52,931 nucleotides of DNA from an uncultured Planctomycetales bacterium (lineage in GTDB: Bacteria; Omnitrophota; Gorgyraeia; Zapsychrales; JBDRMG01), in the NCBI GenBank assembly GCA_964478715.1, contig CAYZIY010000012.1:1-52931 (forward strand), read 5' to 3'. Of the stretch, positions 7,084 to 16,845 are shown piece by piece. The first letter of the stretch is position 1. Every line of letters starts with the position of its first letter. Position numbers and translations under genes: made by a program. The notes under the pieces are model-generated. The model had not been told where the DNA came from, made no database searches, and was given only the letters and a program-made list of their open reading frames with translations.

Positions 7084-9408
7084 GTGGATCAAATATTAGA
7101 TAACAGAAAAAAAGGTAAAGTTGGAGATACGTTAAACGATCTTATCGTAGCAGGATCAAAACTGTCGTTCATTTCTTCATGCTTTACAATATATGCTTTT
7201 CAGGAGCTTAAAAATACGCTTAAAAGATGTGATAAACTTCGCTTCCTTTTCATTGAGCCTACCTTTATACGCAACAAACCATCAGAATCAAGAGAATATT
7301 ATATCGGTCGTTCAGAGAGGGAGAAAAGTCTTTCTGGCAGTGAATTTGAATTGAGACTTAAGAATGATTTGAATCAGTCCAGCATTGCCCGGGAATGCGC
7401 GGCATGGGTTAAGGAAAAGACTGAAATGCGATCTCTCGTGGATTCAAGTGTTGCATCAGTAAAAATTTATCACGGTGAGGATTCCAACGGAGAGCAGTTC
7501 GCGATTCAAGGCAATTCAGATTTTACCGCTGAGGGACTTGGGTTTACTCCTGCAACAAAACGAAACGTAAATACGCTTACAAAAAATCAAGAAACGACAC
7601 AAGGGCTATTGTCTTTTTTTGATGAGATATGGGATAACGATGAGCTTGTTGAAGATGTGAAAGATGAAGTTCTGTCTCGCATTTTAAGCCTCTATAAAGA
7701 AAACCCGCCAGAGTTCATGTATTTCGTCACGCTTTATAATATCTTTAAAGATTATTTAGAGAACCTCGACGAAGAAAGCATTATAAAATCTCGGACAGGT
7801 TTTAAAAATACACTTGTTTGGAACAAGCTTTATAAATTTCAGAAAGACGGCGTGCTGGGAGCAATCGACAAGCTGGAACGCTATAACGGTTGCATAATCG
7901 CCGATAGTGTAGGTCTTGGTAAAACGTTTGAAGCATTGGCTGTTATCAAATACTACGAATTACGAAATCACCGTGTACTCGTTTTATGTCCGAAAAAACT
8001 ACGGGAAAACTGGACAGTTTATACCATCAACGATAAGCGCAATACTTTAGCAGATGATCGTTTTGGATATGATGTTCTTAACCACACTGATTTAAGCCGA
8101 TATACAGGGGCTTCAGGTGAAATCAATCTTGAGACTTTAAATTGGAGCAACTACGACCTTATCGTTATTGATGAGTCGCATAATTTTAGAAACAACGATC
8201 CACGCAAAGACAGAGAGACACGTTACAGCCGTTTAATGAACCAGATCATCAAGCAGGGAGTTAAAACGAAAGTACTTATGCTTTCGGCAACGCCTGTAAA
8301 TAACCGCATGATGGATCTTAAAAATCAGGTGTTCTTTATTACGGAAGGAAACGATACAGCTTTTGATGATGATGGCATTTCCAGTATTGAGCAAACACTT
8401 AAGAAAGCGCAAACAATTTTTAATAGATGGACTGCATTACCTGAAGAAAAACGTACACTTGATAGCTTTTTGAATATGGTCAATTTTGATTATTTTAAAT
8501 TACTCGATACGATTACTATTGCCCGCTCAAGAAAACACATCGAGAAATATTACAATATTGCGGAAGTTGGAAAATTCCCGGATCGACTTAAGCCTATTAA
8601 TGTGAAGTCGGATATTGACCTGCAATCTGAATTCCCACCTTTAGAAGAGGTTAACAAAACTATCAGGCGGTTAACATTAGGCGCATATTCTCCTCTTAAA
8701 TATGTGCGGATGGATAAGCAGGAAGAATACAGTGAAAAATATGACATGGAAGTGCAGGGGGGAAGGTCGCGTTTCAGGCAGATAGATCGTGAAACGAGCT
8801 TGATTCATCTTATGCGTGTAAATCTTTTAAAGCGTATGGAAAGCTCAATATTTTCTTTTGGGATCACGGTGAATAATGTCCTTTCACAAATCAACGTGTT
8901 GCTTGAGAAAATCGAAAAAGGAGATTCTTTTATAGATGAATCTTTGGATATTCGGGATGTGAATATTGAGGATGACGAATTGCAGGACAAGCTGATCGGC
9001 AATAAAGTTAAAGTTCTCTTGCAGGATATTGATGTTGTGCGATGGAAGCAGGATTTAGAATATGACAAATCATTGTTGGAACAATTACTTGATGAATCTG
9101 AAAAAGTCTCTGCTAAAAGAGACGCAAAATTGGAAGACCTCAAGCGATTAATTAGTCGTAAGATGCAGTCTCCAATAAACAGGGATAATAAGAAAATTTT
9201 AATTTTTTCTGCCTTTGCTGATACCGCACAATATCTTTATGATAATTTGGCAGAGTGGGCAAAGAATGAATTTAATCTTTATTCCGCGCTTGTCACAGGT
9301 TCAGGCAGCAATAAGACAACCCTTCCAATAAAACAAAAAGATTTAGGTGCGATTCTTTCCTATTTTTCTCCGATATCCAAAGAAAAAAAATACCATATAT
9401 CCCGATGA
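7084..9408 (+). CDS. SNF2-family helicase, N-terminal fragment (frameshifted gene)
   Basis: SNF2 motifs are present: I (ADSVGLGKTFEALA), II (VIDESHNFRN) and III (MLSATPVNN). GTG start. The reading frame is lost at the A8 run 9383-9390. Confidence 0.85.
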   Translation: MDQILDNRKKGKVGDTLNDLIVAGSKLSFISSCFTIYAFQELKNTLKRCDKLRFLFIEPTFIRNKPSESREYYIGRSEREKSLSGSEFELRLKNDLNQSSIARECAAWVKEKTEMRSLVDSSVASVKIYHGEDSNGEQFAIQGNSDFTAEGLGFTPATKRNVNTLTKNQETTQGLLSFFDEIWDNDELVEDVKDEVLSRILSLYKENPPEFMYFVTLYNIFKDYLENLDEESIIKSRTGFKNTLVWNKLYKFQKDGVLGAIDKLERYNGCIIADSVGLGKTFEALAVIKYYELRNHRVLVLCPKKLRENWTVYTINDKRNTLADDRFGYDVLNHTDLSRYTGASGEINLETLNWSNYDLIVIDESHNFRNNDPRKDRETRYSRLMNQIIKQGVKTKVLMLSATPVNNRMMDLKNQVFFITEGNDTAFDDDGISSIEQTLKKAQTIFNRWTALPEEKRTLDSFLNMVNFDYFKLLDTITIARSRKHIEKYYNIAEVGKFPDRLKPINVKSDIDLQSEFPPLEEVNKTIRRLTLGAYSPLKYVRMDKQEEYSEKYDMEVQGGRSRFRQIDRETSLIHLMRVNLLKRMESSIFSFGITVNNVLSQINVLLEKIEKGDSFIDESLDIRDVNIEDDELQDKLIGNKVKVLLQDIDVVRWKQDLEYDKSLLEQLLDESEKVSAKRDAKLEDLKRLISRKMQSPINRDNKKILIFSAFADTAQYLYDNLAEWAKNEFNLYSALVTGSGSNKTTLPIKQKDLGAILSYFSPISKEKKYHISR

Positions 9409-10324
9409 TGGATTATCAATTGATATTCTTATCGGGACAGACTGTATTTCCGAAGGGCAAAATCTTCAAGATTGCGATTATGTTGTTAATTATGATATTC
9501 ATTGGAATCCGGTTCGAATTATTCAGCGTTTTGGAAGAATTGATCGTATAGGATCACGCAATGAATTAGTCCAGTTAGTTAATTTTTGGCCTAATTTAGA
9601 ACTTGATGAATATATCAATCTTGAAGCAAGAGTGACGGGACGTATGGTTCTTTTAGATGTATCCGCTACAGGCGAAGAAAATATTATTGATACGGAAAAA
9701 CAGAGCATGAATGATTTGGAATATCGCCGGAATCAGCTGAAACAGTTGCAAGAAGAAGTGGTAGATTTGGAAGAAATGTCTGGCGGTGTTTCTATTACAG
9801 ACCTTACGTTTAATGATTTCCGTATGGACTTAATTGAATATATGCGCATCAATAAAGAAGCCCTTGAGAAAGCCGCCTGTGGGATGTATGCGATAGCCCG
9901 AAGTGACAACAAGGATGATATTCCTGAGGGTGTCGTATTCTGTTTAAGGCATATTACAAGAGGGCGTGTTCCTGATGAGCATAACGCATTTTATCCGTAT
10001 TATTTGGTTTATGCAAAAAAGGATGGATTAATTTTACACTCATTTTTAGCGACAAAGAAAATATTGGATTTATATAAAAAGCTTTGCCTTGGGCACTCAG
10101 AAGTATTGGTTGATCTGGTTGACGCGTTTAATCAAAAAACAGATGATGGAAGAAAGATGCACAATTTTTCAGGACTGTTAGAGCATGCAATAACCAATAT
10201 TATTGGGAAAAAAGATGAAAAGGGCGTCGAGAGTCTTTTTTCAAAAGGGGGAACAACATTGTTGGATAATTCCTATCAGGGAAAAGATGATTTTGAGCTG
10301 ATATCTTTTTTAATCATTAAGTAG
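9347..10324 (+). CDS. SNF2-family helicase, C-terminal fragment (frameshifted gene; true coding continuation begins near 9384)
   Basis: Helicase C-terminal motifs IV-VI are present: ILIGTDCISEGQNLQDCDYVVNYDIHWNPVRIIQRFGRIDRIGS. Confidence 0.85.
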   Translation: MRFFPIFLRYPKKKNTIYPDDGLSIDILIGTDCISEGQNLQDCDYVVNYDIHWNPVRIIQRFGRIDRIGSRNELVQLVNFWPNLELDEYINLEARVTGRMVLLDVSATGEENIIDTEKQSMNDLEYRRNQLKQLQEEVVDLEEMSGGVSITDLTFNDFRMDLIEYMRINKEALEKAACGMYAIARSDNKDDIPEGVVFCLRHITRGRVPDEHNAFYPYYLVYAKKDGLILHSFLATKKILDLYKKLCLGHSEVLVDLVDAFNQKTDDGRKMHNFSGLLEHAITNIIGKKDEKGVESLFSKGGTTLLDNSYQGKDDFELISFLIIK

Positions 10325-10331
10325 AGGTGGC

Positions 10332-11090
10332 ATGAGAATACACGACTTCTTAGACGCAGTTGGTTTTCCTGATAGTGGGCGTATTGATAAGAAGATATTC
10401 AAGAAGGCTGTTTATGAAAATGCGGGACTATTTAAAAAACAGATAGAAGTTATAAAGAATGAAATAAATGATATTAGGTGGCTATATGTGTTAAAGCCGG
10501 GCACAATTAATATCCCGGTGTTAAAGAATGAAGATTTTGATTATGAAGAGATTCAAATTATAGGCATTACCCTGAAAGATGATAAAAAGAAGGATGTGGT
10601 TGCAAGCATTATTCAAAAGTGCATTCCGTATCCAGTTATTTTGCTCATAGAACATGAACAGAAGCTGGCTGTTTCTGTTGCCTCGAAACGAATCAATAAA
10701 GCAGATGTGTCGAAGAGCGTGATTGATGAGGAATACATTACGAATTGGATCTCAGCTTGTGCCGGTGATGCGTTTATTCAAAGCTTGAAGCCAGAGAAAC
10801 TTTCTTTTAAGAGTCTGTATGAGTTTTACGAGGATGTTATTGACCGGGTAAAGCTTTTTCTGTTGTGCGATTACAAGGATGATTTCAACTATGAGAAGAA
10901 AAAGGTTACAGCGCGATTATTCGCGGTATATCAAAAGATAAAAGAACTTGAAGAGAGTAAGCGTCAGTTGCAAAGGCAGATAAAAAAAGAGACTGACTTT
11001 GCCAAAAAGGTAAAGATGAATGTTGATATAAAGAAAACAAACAGTCTTATTGCCAACAACATAAAAAAACTGGGAAAAAGTTATGTTTAA
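10332..11090 (+). CDS. DUF4391 domain protein
   Basis: The IRWLYVLKPGTINI...IPYPVILLIEHEQK pattern and the position between an SNF2 helicase and a methyltransferase fit the usual DUF4391 context as I recall it. Confidence 0.7.
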   Translation: MRIHDFLDAVGFPDSGRIDKKIFKKAVYENAGLFKKQIEVIKNEINDIRWLYVLKPGTINIPVLKNEDFDYEEIQIIGITLKDDKKKDVVASIIQKCIPYPVILLIEHEQKLAVSVASKRINKADVSKSVIDEEYITNWISACAGDAFIQSLKPEKLSFKSLYEFYEDVIDRVKLFLLCDYKDDFNYEKKKVTARLFAVYQKIKELEESKRQLQRQIKKETDFAKKVKMNVDIKKTNSLIANNIKKLGKSYV

Positions 11091-13884
11091 AGAGGAATTT
11101 AAAAGAGGTTCTGAATGGAGAAGGTGGGATTTGCACGTTCACACCAAAGGGACGAATAAAAATGATCAATTTACAAGCGCTGACTTTAACGTCTTCTGCC
11201 AAACCCTCTTTAAAAAAGCTTTAGAGAAAAATATTTATGCTATAGGGGTTACAGATTATTTTTGCGTTAAAAATTATAAGCAGGTAAGAGAATATGTGGA
11301 TTCTATTGACACTAACGGAAGTTTTAACGATGAAGAAAAAAAGAAAATTAAGGGAATACTGCTCTTGCCAAATGTGGAATTGCGGATTCTTCCTGTTACG
11401 GATAGTGGTAGGCTTATAAATATTCATTGTATATTTAATCCAGATTATGTGAACTCACTTGATAATGATTTCTTTTCATCTATTGAATATTGCACAGGGG
11501 CTTCAAGGAAATTTAAGATGAATCAGACCGGAATTATTGAATTAGGCAAGCATTTAGATCCATCGCTCAGTAATTCATCTGAACAATATAAGAAAGGTTT
11601 AGATAATTTTGTTGTGTCTCATGAGAGCCTTCAGAAACTATATGATGAGAATGTCGATTTTAGGGAAAATACAATAATTTGTGTTAGTAATTCAAATAAT
11701 GATGGGGCTTCCGCTTTACAAAAACATTATGATCTTTTTGAAGGAAATGAACCGGGCAGTCTTGATGGTGTTCGAAAGGCAATTTATTGTTTATCGCAAA
11801 TGATATTGTCTGGTAATCCTGAAGACAGAGCTTATTTTCTCGGGAAAAAGGTTGATGCGCCTGATGTTGTTGTTCAAAAGTGTGGTTCATTGAAGCCTTG
11901 TATACATGGTTCAGATGCACATACAGAAAATAGACTTTTTGCTCCTGATGAAAATCGTTATTGCTGGATCAAAGCGGATCTGACGTTTGAAGGATTAAAG
12001 CAAGTAATCTATGAACCCGAAGACAGAGTTTGTATACAAGAATTAATTCCTGAAGAAAAACAAATATATCAGCTTATTGATTTTGGGAGTTTCAATGATA
12101 ATAATTTTATGCCAGAGAATATATTTTTTAATCAGAATTTAACCACAATTATAGGGGGTAAATCTACAGGGAAGTCTATCCTATTGAGAAATATTGCGCA
12201 GGCAATCGACCCAGATGAAGTTAGGAAACGCTTGTCGGATGTTAATCTTTCGGATTACAAAATTCAAGTCGATGATTTTCAGGTTGTATGGAAAGACTTT
12301 CAGCAGGGGCAGAAGAAGGGTAGCGAATTTAATAAGAAAATAATATACATTCCTCAGTCTTATCTGAATCGGCTTGTTGATAAAGAAGGTGAAATAAATG
12401 CTATAGACAAGATCATTGAAAATGTATTGAAGCAAGAAAAAGGTAATGTTTACGATAACCTTTTAGTTTTTGAAAAAGACAACAATCAGAAGATAGCAAA
12501 TGCAATCGCCAGCTTGTTCAATTTGATTGCGGAAGCAGATGAGCAAAAAGAGAAAATAAAAAATACGGGCGACAAAAAAGGGATCAAGACAGAAATTGAC
12601 AAGTTAGAAAAGGAAATATCTGAGCTTAAGAAAACGGCGGGGTTAAAAGATGAGGAAATCAAGCAATACGACGAATTTGTTAAGCAGATAAAAGAGCGTA
12701 CAGGTGAAATTGAAATAATAGAAAGTGATAAAACTGAGCTTGAAAAATTAAAACAACAAAGCCTTTTCGATGATCCGTATTTTGATGGTCTTTCTGATAA
12801 TCTGAAGACGGACATTGCATCTTCATATGAAAAACTGAAAAAGGAGTATAAAGAGAAGTGGGATGCTGAAATAGATAAGCGTATTTTGAATCAAGAAGCC
12901 AAAGTGAAACAAGCAAAGGAAGCGCTTAAAAAAATACAGAGTGATTTTAAACCGTTGCTAGAAAAAGCAAATAAAGTTAATGCATTAAATGAAAAAATTA
13001 AACAAATTGAAGTTCAGCAAAACAAACTGAAACAAATAGAAGCGGAAGAAAAAGTTGCAAAAAGCATTCAAGAGAGACAAGGAAAGACAATTGCTGATCT
13101 TTGTGTGATGCATGCTGCGTTTTACGAAAAATATAATGAAGCAAAAGATAAAATTCTTTCGCAAAATATCATATCAGGAGAGTTGTCTTTTGGCTTAAAT
13201 GTTGCCCATCGAACTCAATCTTTTCAAAAAGATTGCCTGAATGAGGTCTTTGATATGAGACAATTGCCTTCGGATTTATCTGAGTATAAATTCAGCACAG
13301 TAGAGGAGTTTAACGAGTCCATAAAGACAATTATAAATAATGTTATCAAAGATCAATTAGTTAGAAAAAAAGGATATTCAAACAAAGAAGCTTTGACAAA
13401 AATACTGCAAAATTGGTTTATTTTTGAATATCAAATCAAACAAGGCGGAGACGAGCTGTCATCAATGTCTCCAGGAAAGAAATCTTTCGTTTTACTAAAG
13501 CTACTAATAGAATTGGATTCAAGCAAATGCCCAATATTGTTGGATCAGCCTGAAGACGATCTTGATAACCGATCCATTTACTATGATCTTGTTAATTTTA
13601 TAAAGATGAAGAAAAAGGAGCGGCAAATTATAGTTGCCACCCATAATCCGAACTTAGTTGTTGGAGCTGATTCAGAGTGCGTTATTGTAGCGAATCAAAA
13701 CGGAGATAAGTCTAAAAATAAGCAGTATAAATTTGAATATGTTCAAGGAGCCTTGGAGAATACTTTTGAGGGATCAGATGAGGCGGTTCTTTATAAGCAA
13801 GGCATACAAGAACATGTGTGCGATATTTTAGAAGGCGGTAAAGAAGCTTTCACTAAACGTAAACAGAGGTATATGTCTAAATAA
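11083..13884 (+). CDS. PHP-domain + SMC/ABC-type ATPase with long coiled coil (TrlF-like AAA ATPase)
   Basis: N-terminal PHP signature is WDLHVHTKGT...GVTDY...HGSDAHT. Walker A is GGKSTGKS. A ~350-aa Lys/Glu-rich coiled coil follows. The signature/Walker B region is SPGKKSF...ILLDQPEDDLD and the H-loop is ATHNPNL. Confidence 0.75.
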   Translation: MFKEEFKRGSEWRRWDLHVHTKGTNKNDQFTSADFNVFCQTLFKKALEKNIYAIGVTDYFCVKNYKQVREYVDSIDTNGSFNDEEKKKIKGILLLPNVELRILPVTDSGRLINIHCIFNPDYVNSLDNDFFSSIEYCTGASRKFKMNQTGIIELGKHLDPSLSNSSEQYKKGLDNFVVSHESLQKLYDENVDFRENTIICVSNSNNDGASALQKHYDLFEGNEPGSLDGVRKAIYCLSQMILSGNPEDRAYFLGKKVDAPDVVVQKCGSLKPCIHGSDAHTENRLFAPDENRYCWIKADLTFEGLKQVIYEPEDRVCIQELIPEEKQIYQLIDFGSFNDNNFMPENIFFNQNLTTIIGGKSTGKSILLRNIAQAIDPDEVRKRLSDVNLSDYKIQVDDFQVVWKDFQQGQKKGSEFNKKIIYIPQSYLNRLVDKEGEINAIDKIIENVLKQEKGNVYDNLLVFEKDNNQKIANAIASLFNLIAEADEQKEKIKNTGDKKGIKTEIDKLEKEISELKKTAGLKDEEIKQYDEFVKQIKERTGEIEIIESDKTELEKLKQQSLFDDPYFDGLSDNLKTDIASSYEKLKKEYKEKWDAEIDKRILNQEAKVKQAKEALKKIQSDFKPLLEKANKVNALNEKIKQIEVQQNKLKQIEAEEKVAKSIQERQGKTIADLCVMHAAFYEKYNEAKDKILSQNIISGELSFGLNVAHRTQSFQKDCLNEVFDMRQLPSDLSEYKFSTVEEFNESIKTIINNVIKDQLVRKKGYSNKEALTKILQNWFIFEYQIKQGGDELSSMSPGKKSFVLLKLLIELDSSKCPILLDQPEDDLDNRSIYYDLVNFIKMKKKERQIIVATHNPNLVVGADSECVIVANQNGDKSKNKQYKFEYVQGALENTFEGSDEAVLYKQGIQEHVCDILEGGKEAFTKRKQRYMSK

Positions 13885-13901
13885 ATATAAAAGAGGTGAT
13901 T

Positions 13902-15860
13902 ATGGAAAAGCTTGACGGAAAAAGTAAGGATATAGTCAAAGATAATATTGACAAATTAAAGCAGTTATTTCCTGATGTGTTCACAGAAGACGGGATTGAT
14001 TTTGATGTCTTAAAAGACACGTTGGGGGAATACGTTGATGATAAGGAAGAACGGTATCAATTTGCGTGGCATGGAAAGACACAGGCGCGTCGTCTTGCGC
14101 AAACGCCATCGACAGGGACATTGCGGCCATGCAAAGAAGAAAGTGTGAATTGGGATAATACACAGAATCTATTTATTGAAGGTGACAACCTTGAAGTTCT
14201 TAAGTTGCTTCAGAAAGCGTATCATAAAGAAGTGAAGATGATTTATATTGATCCCCCTTATAATACAGGGAATGATTTTATTTATAAGGATGATTTTCGG
14301 GATAATATTAAAAATTATAAAAAATTAACAGGGCAGATAGATTCAGAGGGGATGGTTGTATCAACAAATTCAGAAACAAGTGGGCGCTATCATACGGATT
14401 GGTTAAATATGATATATCCTCGTCTTAAATTGGCAAGAAATTTATTAAAAGATGACGGAGTAATTTTTGTCAGTATAGACGATAATGAAATTGATAATTT
14501 GAAAAAAATATCCAATGAAATATTTGGAGAAGATAATTTCCTCGCTGTTGTTTCAAGAGTTGCAAAGACAACTAGTTTCCGTGGAAATTATTTTGCGCCA
14601 AGTAAAGATTATATTCTTTGCATCGCAAAAAATATCAGCGACTTAAAACCTTTTCAGGACGAAGTGAATGAATCGCAATTTGCGAAGATAGAGACCGAGG
14701 GTCAGCGAAAAGGGGAATATTACAGAGATGATATTGCGTTTTATTTATCTACTCTCGAAACTCGTCCTAATCAGCGATATTTTATTGAGTGTCCTGATGG
14801 CGAAAAAGTTATTCCTCCCGGGAATACATTTCCACCAGAAAAGCCTAAAGAGGGAGATGGTGTATGGCGTTGGAATCTAGAAAGTTTTAAAGAAAAAAAA
14901 CAATTTATTGTTTTTAAGAAATCCAAGCAATCCCCGTTATTAAATGATGAAGGAAAACAGGCTGGCTGGAACCTTTACACAAAAAGTTATCTTAATGACA
15001 AAAAAGAAAACGGAAACATTCCACGTGATTTCTGGGACGGCTTTTTAAATAGGCATGGGACATCAGAATTAAAGAAATTAGAAATACCATACAGTTTTCC
15101 TAAGCCTGTAGAAATGATAGAGTATTTGATGAAAATATCGAACGTAACTCAAAATGATATTGTTTTAGATTTTTTTGCTGGCTCCGCCACAACTGCTCAT
15201 GCAGTTATCAAGCTAAACTCATTGGATAAAAAAAATAGAAAATTTATAATGATACAAATACCCGAAGACTGTCAAGATAATGTGGAAGCATCAAAAGCGG
15301 GCTTCAAGAAATTAACTGATATAGGTAAAGAACGAGTACGTCGAGTTATTAAGAAAATAGAAGCTGAACAAGATGAGAAGAAAAAGCAAGGTAAGGGTGA
15401 GTTGTTTGAACAAAGTGAAACAGATACGGCAGATTTAGATCTAGGTTTTAAGGTCTTCAAACTAGACGCTTCCAATATTTCAACATGGGATCCTGATTTT
15501 GATACTGTACAGCAAGATTTATTGAGCGCTGTTGATAATATCAAAACAGATCGTAGTGAAGCAGATGTTCTTTATGAAATATTGCTTAAATATGGCTTGG
15601 ATTTAGCGGTTCCCATTGAAGAGCTTGAAATCAAAGGCAAGAAAGTGTTTGTTGTTGGCATGGGGGCTTTAATTGTTTGTCTGGCTTCTGATGTAACAGT
15701 AGAGATAGTTGAAGAAATTGCCAAACTAAAAGATAAATATCAGCCAGAGGTTGAGATGAGAGTTGTCTTTAAAGATAGCAGTTTTAAAGATGATGTCGTT
15801 AAAACCAATGCTGTCCAGATTCTCAAACAACACGGCATCGAAGATGTGAAGAGTATTTGA
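13902..15860 (+). CDS. mod: Type III-like DNA methyltransferase (Mod; N6-A/N4-C class, DPPY)
   Basis: Motif IV is IYIDPPYNTG and the AdoMet motif I is DFFAGSATTAHAV. ATG 13902 is preferred because the RBS AAGAGG lies 6 nt upstream. Confidence 0.9.
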   Translation: MEKLDGKSKDIVKDNIDKLKQLFPDVFTEDGIDFDVLKDTLGEYVDDKEERYQFAWHGKTQARRLAQTPSTGTLRPCKEESVNWDNTQNLFIEGDNLEVLKLLQKAYHKEVKMIYIDPPYNTGNDFIYKDDFRDNIKNYKKLTGQIDSEGMVVSTNSETSGRYHTDWLNMIYPRLKLARNLLKDDGVIFVSIDDNEIDNLKKISNEIFGEDNFLAVVSRVAKTTSFRGNYFAPSKDYILCIAKNISDLKPFQDEVNESQFAKIETEGQRKGEYYRDDIAFYLSTLETRPNQRYFIECPDGEKVIPPGNTFPPEKPKEGDGVWRWNLESFKEKKQFIVFKKSKQSPLLNDEGKQAGWNLYTKSYLNDKKENGNIPRDFWDGFLNRHGTSELKKLEIPYSFPKPVEMIEYLMKISNVTQNDIVLDFFAGSATTAHAVIKLNSLDKKNRKFIMIQIPEDCQDNVEASKAGFKKLTDIGKERVRRVIKKIEAEQDEKKKQGKGELFEQSETDTADLDLGFKVFKLDASNISTWDPDFDTVQQDLLSAVDNIKTDRSEADVLYEILLKYGLDLAVPIEELEIKGKKVFVVGMGALIVCLASDVTVEIVEEIAKLKDKYQPEVEMRVVFKDSSFKDDVVKTNAVQILKQHGIEDVKSI

Positions 15861-15876
15861 TGGCAAGAGGGAATAA

Positions 15877-16845
15877 ATGAACAGAACTGACATATTAAAG
15901 CTACATAAGAAACAGCTTAGCTTAGAGATTGATAGCATAAGACTTGCGATTCAACATAATGCCGTAAAAGGAGCAGAAGCCGAGCATGCTTTTAAAAGGT
16001 TGCTTAGAAAACACCTGCCACAAAGGTATAAGTTGGGTTCAGGTTTTGTTGTTAATGGAGAACGGAGTTCTCGTCAACATGATATTGTTGTCTATGATGA
16101 TTTGATGAACGCTCCAATTTATTTAGAGGAGTCGGCAGGGGCTTTTCTAGGAGGATCTGTGTATGGAGTGATTGAAACAACGATTGCAAAATTTGATAGC
16201 AAAAAATTAGAAGAAGACATAGAGAAAATTGGGCATTTAAGAAAAATATTTCCTGATAATAAAGTAAAATTTCAAAAAGTTGAATCAGTGCCTATTATGG
16301 ATATTGATGCGGCATTAGAAAGTAATGAATATTTGTTGCAAGATTCGGGTTGTTCGCCTGAAGATAGAAAACAAGAAATAAGAGAAAAATGGTTTACAGC
16401 GAGTGGTGCATTTATCGGTGGAGCAACGAAGTTAGAGACAGTTGCTTGCGAAGGCGAATTGTTAAATAATTTGAATTTGTTGGCGAGAGAAAGTAGAAGC
16501 TCAGAAGTTAGAGATAAGGAAATTGTGTCGCCACCACCTCCTCGTACTTATTTATGTGCCTTAAACGGGACAACATATAAAAGTATTGATTCATTAGCCA
16601 AGACGGCAAAACGTCTCACAAAAAAATATGGGGCGCATCTTCATGGATTATTTATTATGAATGACGATGGCAAGGATTGGTATTTATCGACAAAGGCTTA
16701 TTGTGATTATGATATTGAAACATATAAAAATGATGATGCGTTTTTCTATTTGTTGTATCGGATGAGACGTGCTTTTCAGGGCATGTTAGTCGGACAGTAT
16801 CCAGCAGCTGAAAGGAACTTAAATGGACAAGAGGAAAATACATGA
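15877..16845 (+). CDS. DUF6602-like protein (possible PD-(D/E)xK nuclease fold) inserted between mod and res
   Basis: The N-terminal KGAEAEHAFKRLLRKHLPQRYKLGSGFVVN...SRQHDIVVYD pattern is recalled from DUF6602. The C-terminal half was not recognised. Confidence 0.5.
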   Translation: MNRTDILKLHKKQLSLEIDSIRLAIQHNAVKGAEAEHAFKRLLRKHLPQRYKLGSGFVVNGERSSRQHDIVVYDDLMNAPIYLEESAGAFLGGSVYGVIETTIAKFDSKKLEEDIEKIGHLRKIFPDNKVKFQKVESVPIMDIDAALESNEYLLQDSGCSPEDRKQEIREKWFTASGAFIGGATKLETVACEGELLNNLNLLARESRSSEVRDKEIVSPPPPRTYLCALNGTTYKSIDSLAKTAKRLTKKYGAHLHGLFIMNDDGKDWYLSTKAYCDYDIETYKNDDAFFYLLYRMRRAFQGMLVGQYPAAERNLNGQEENT

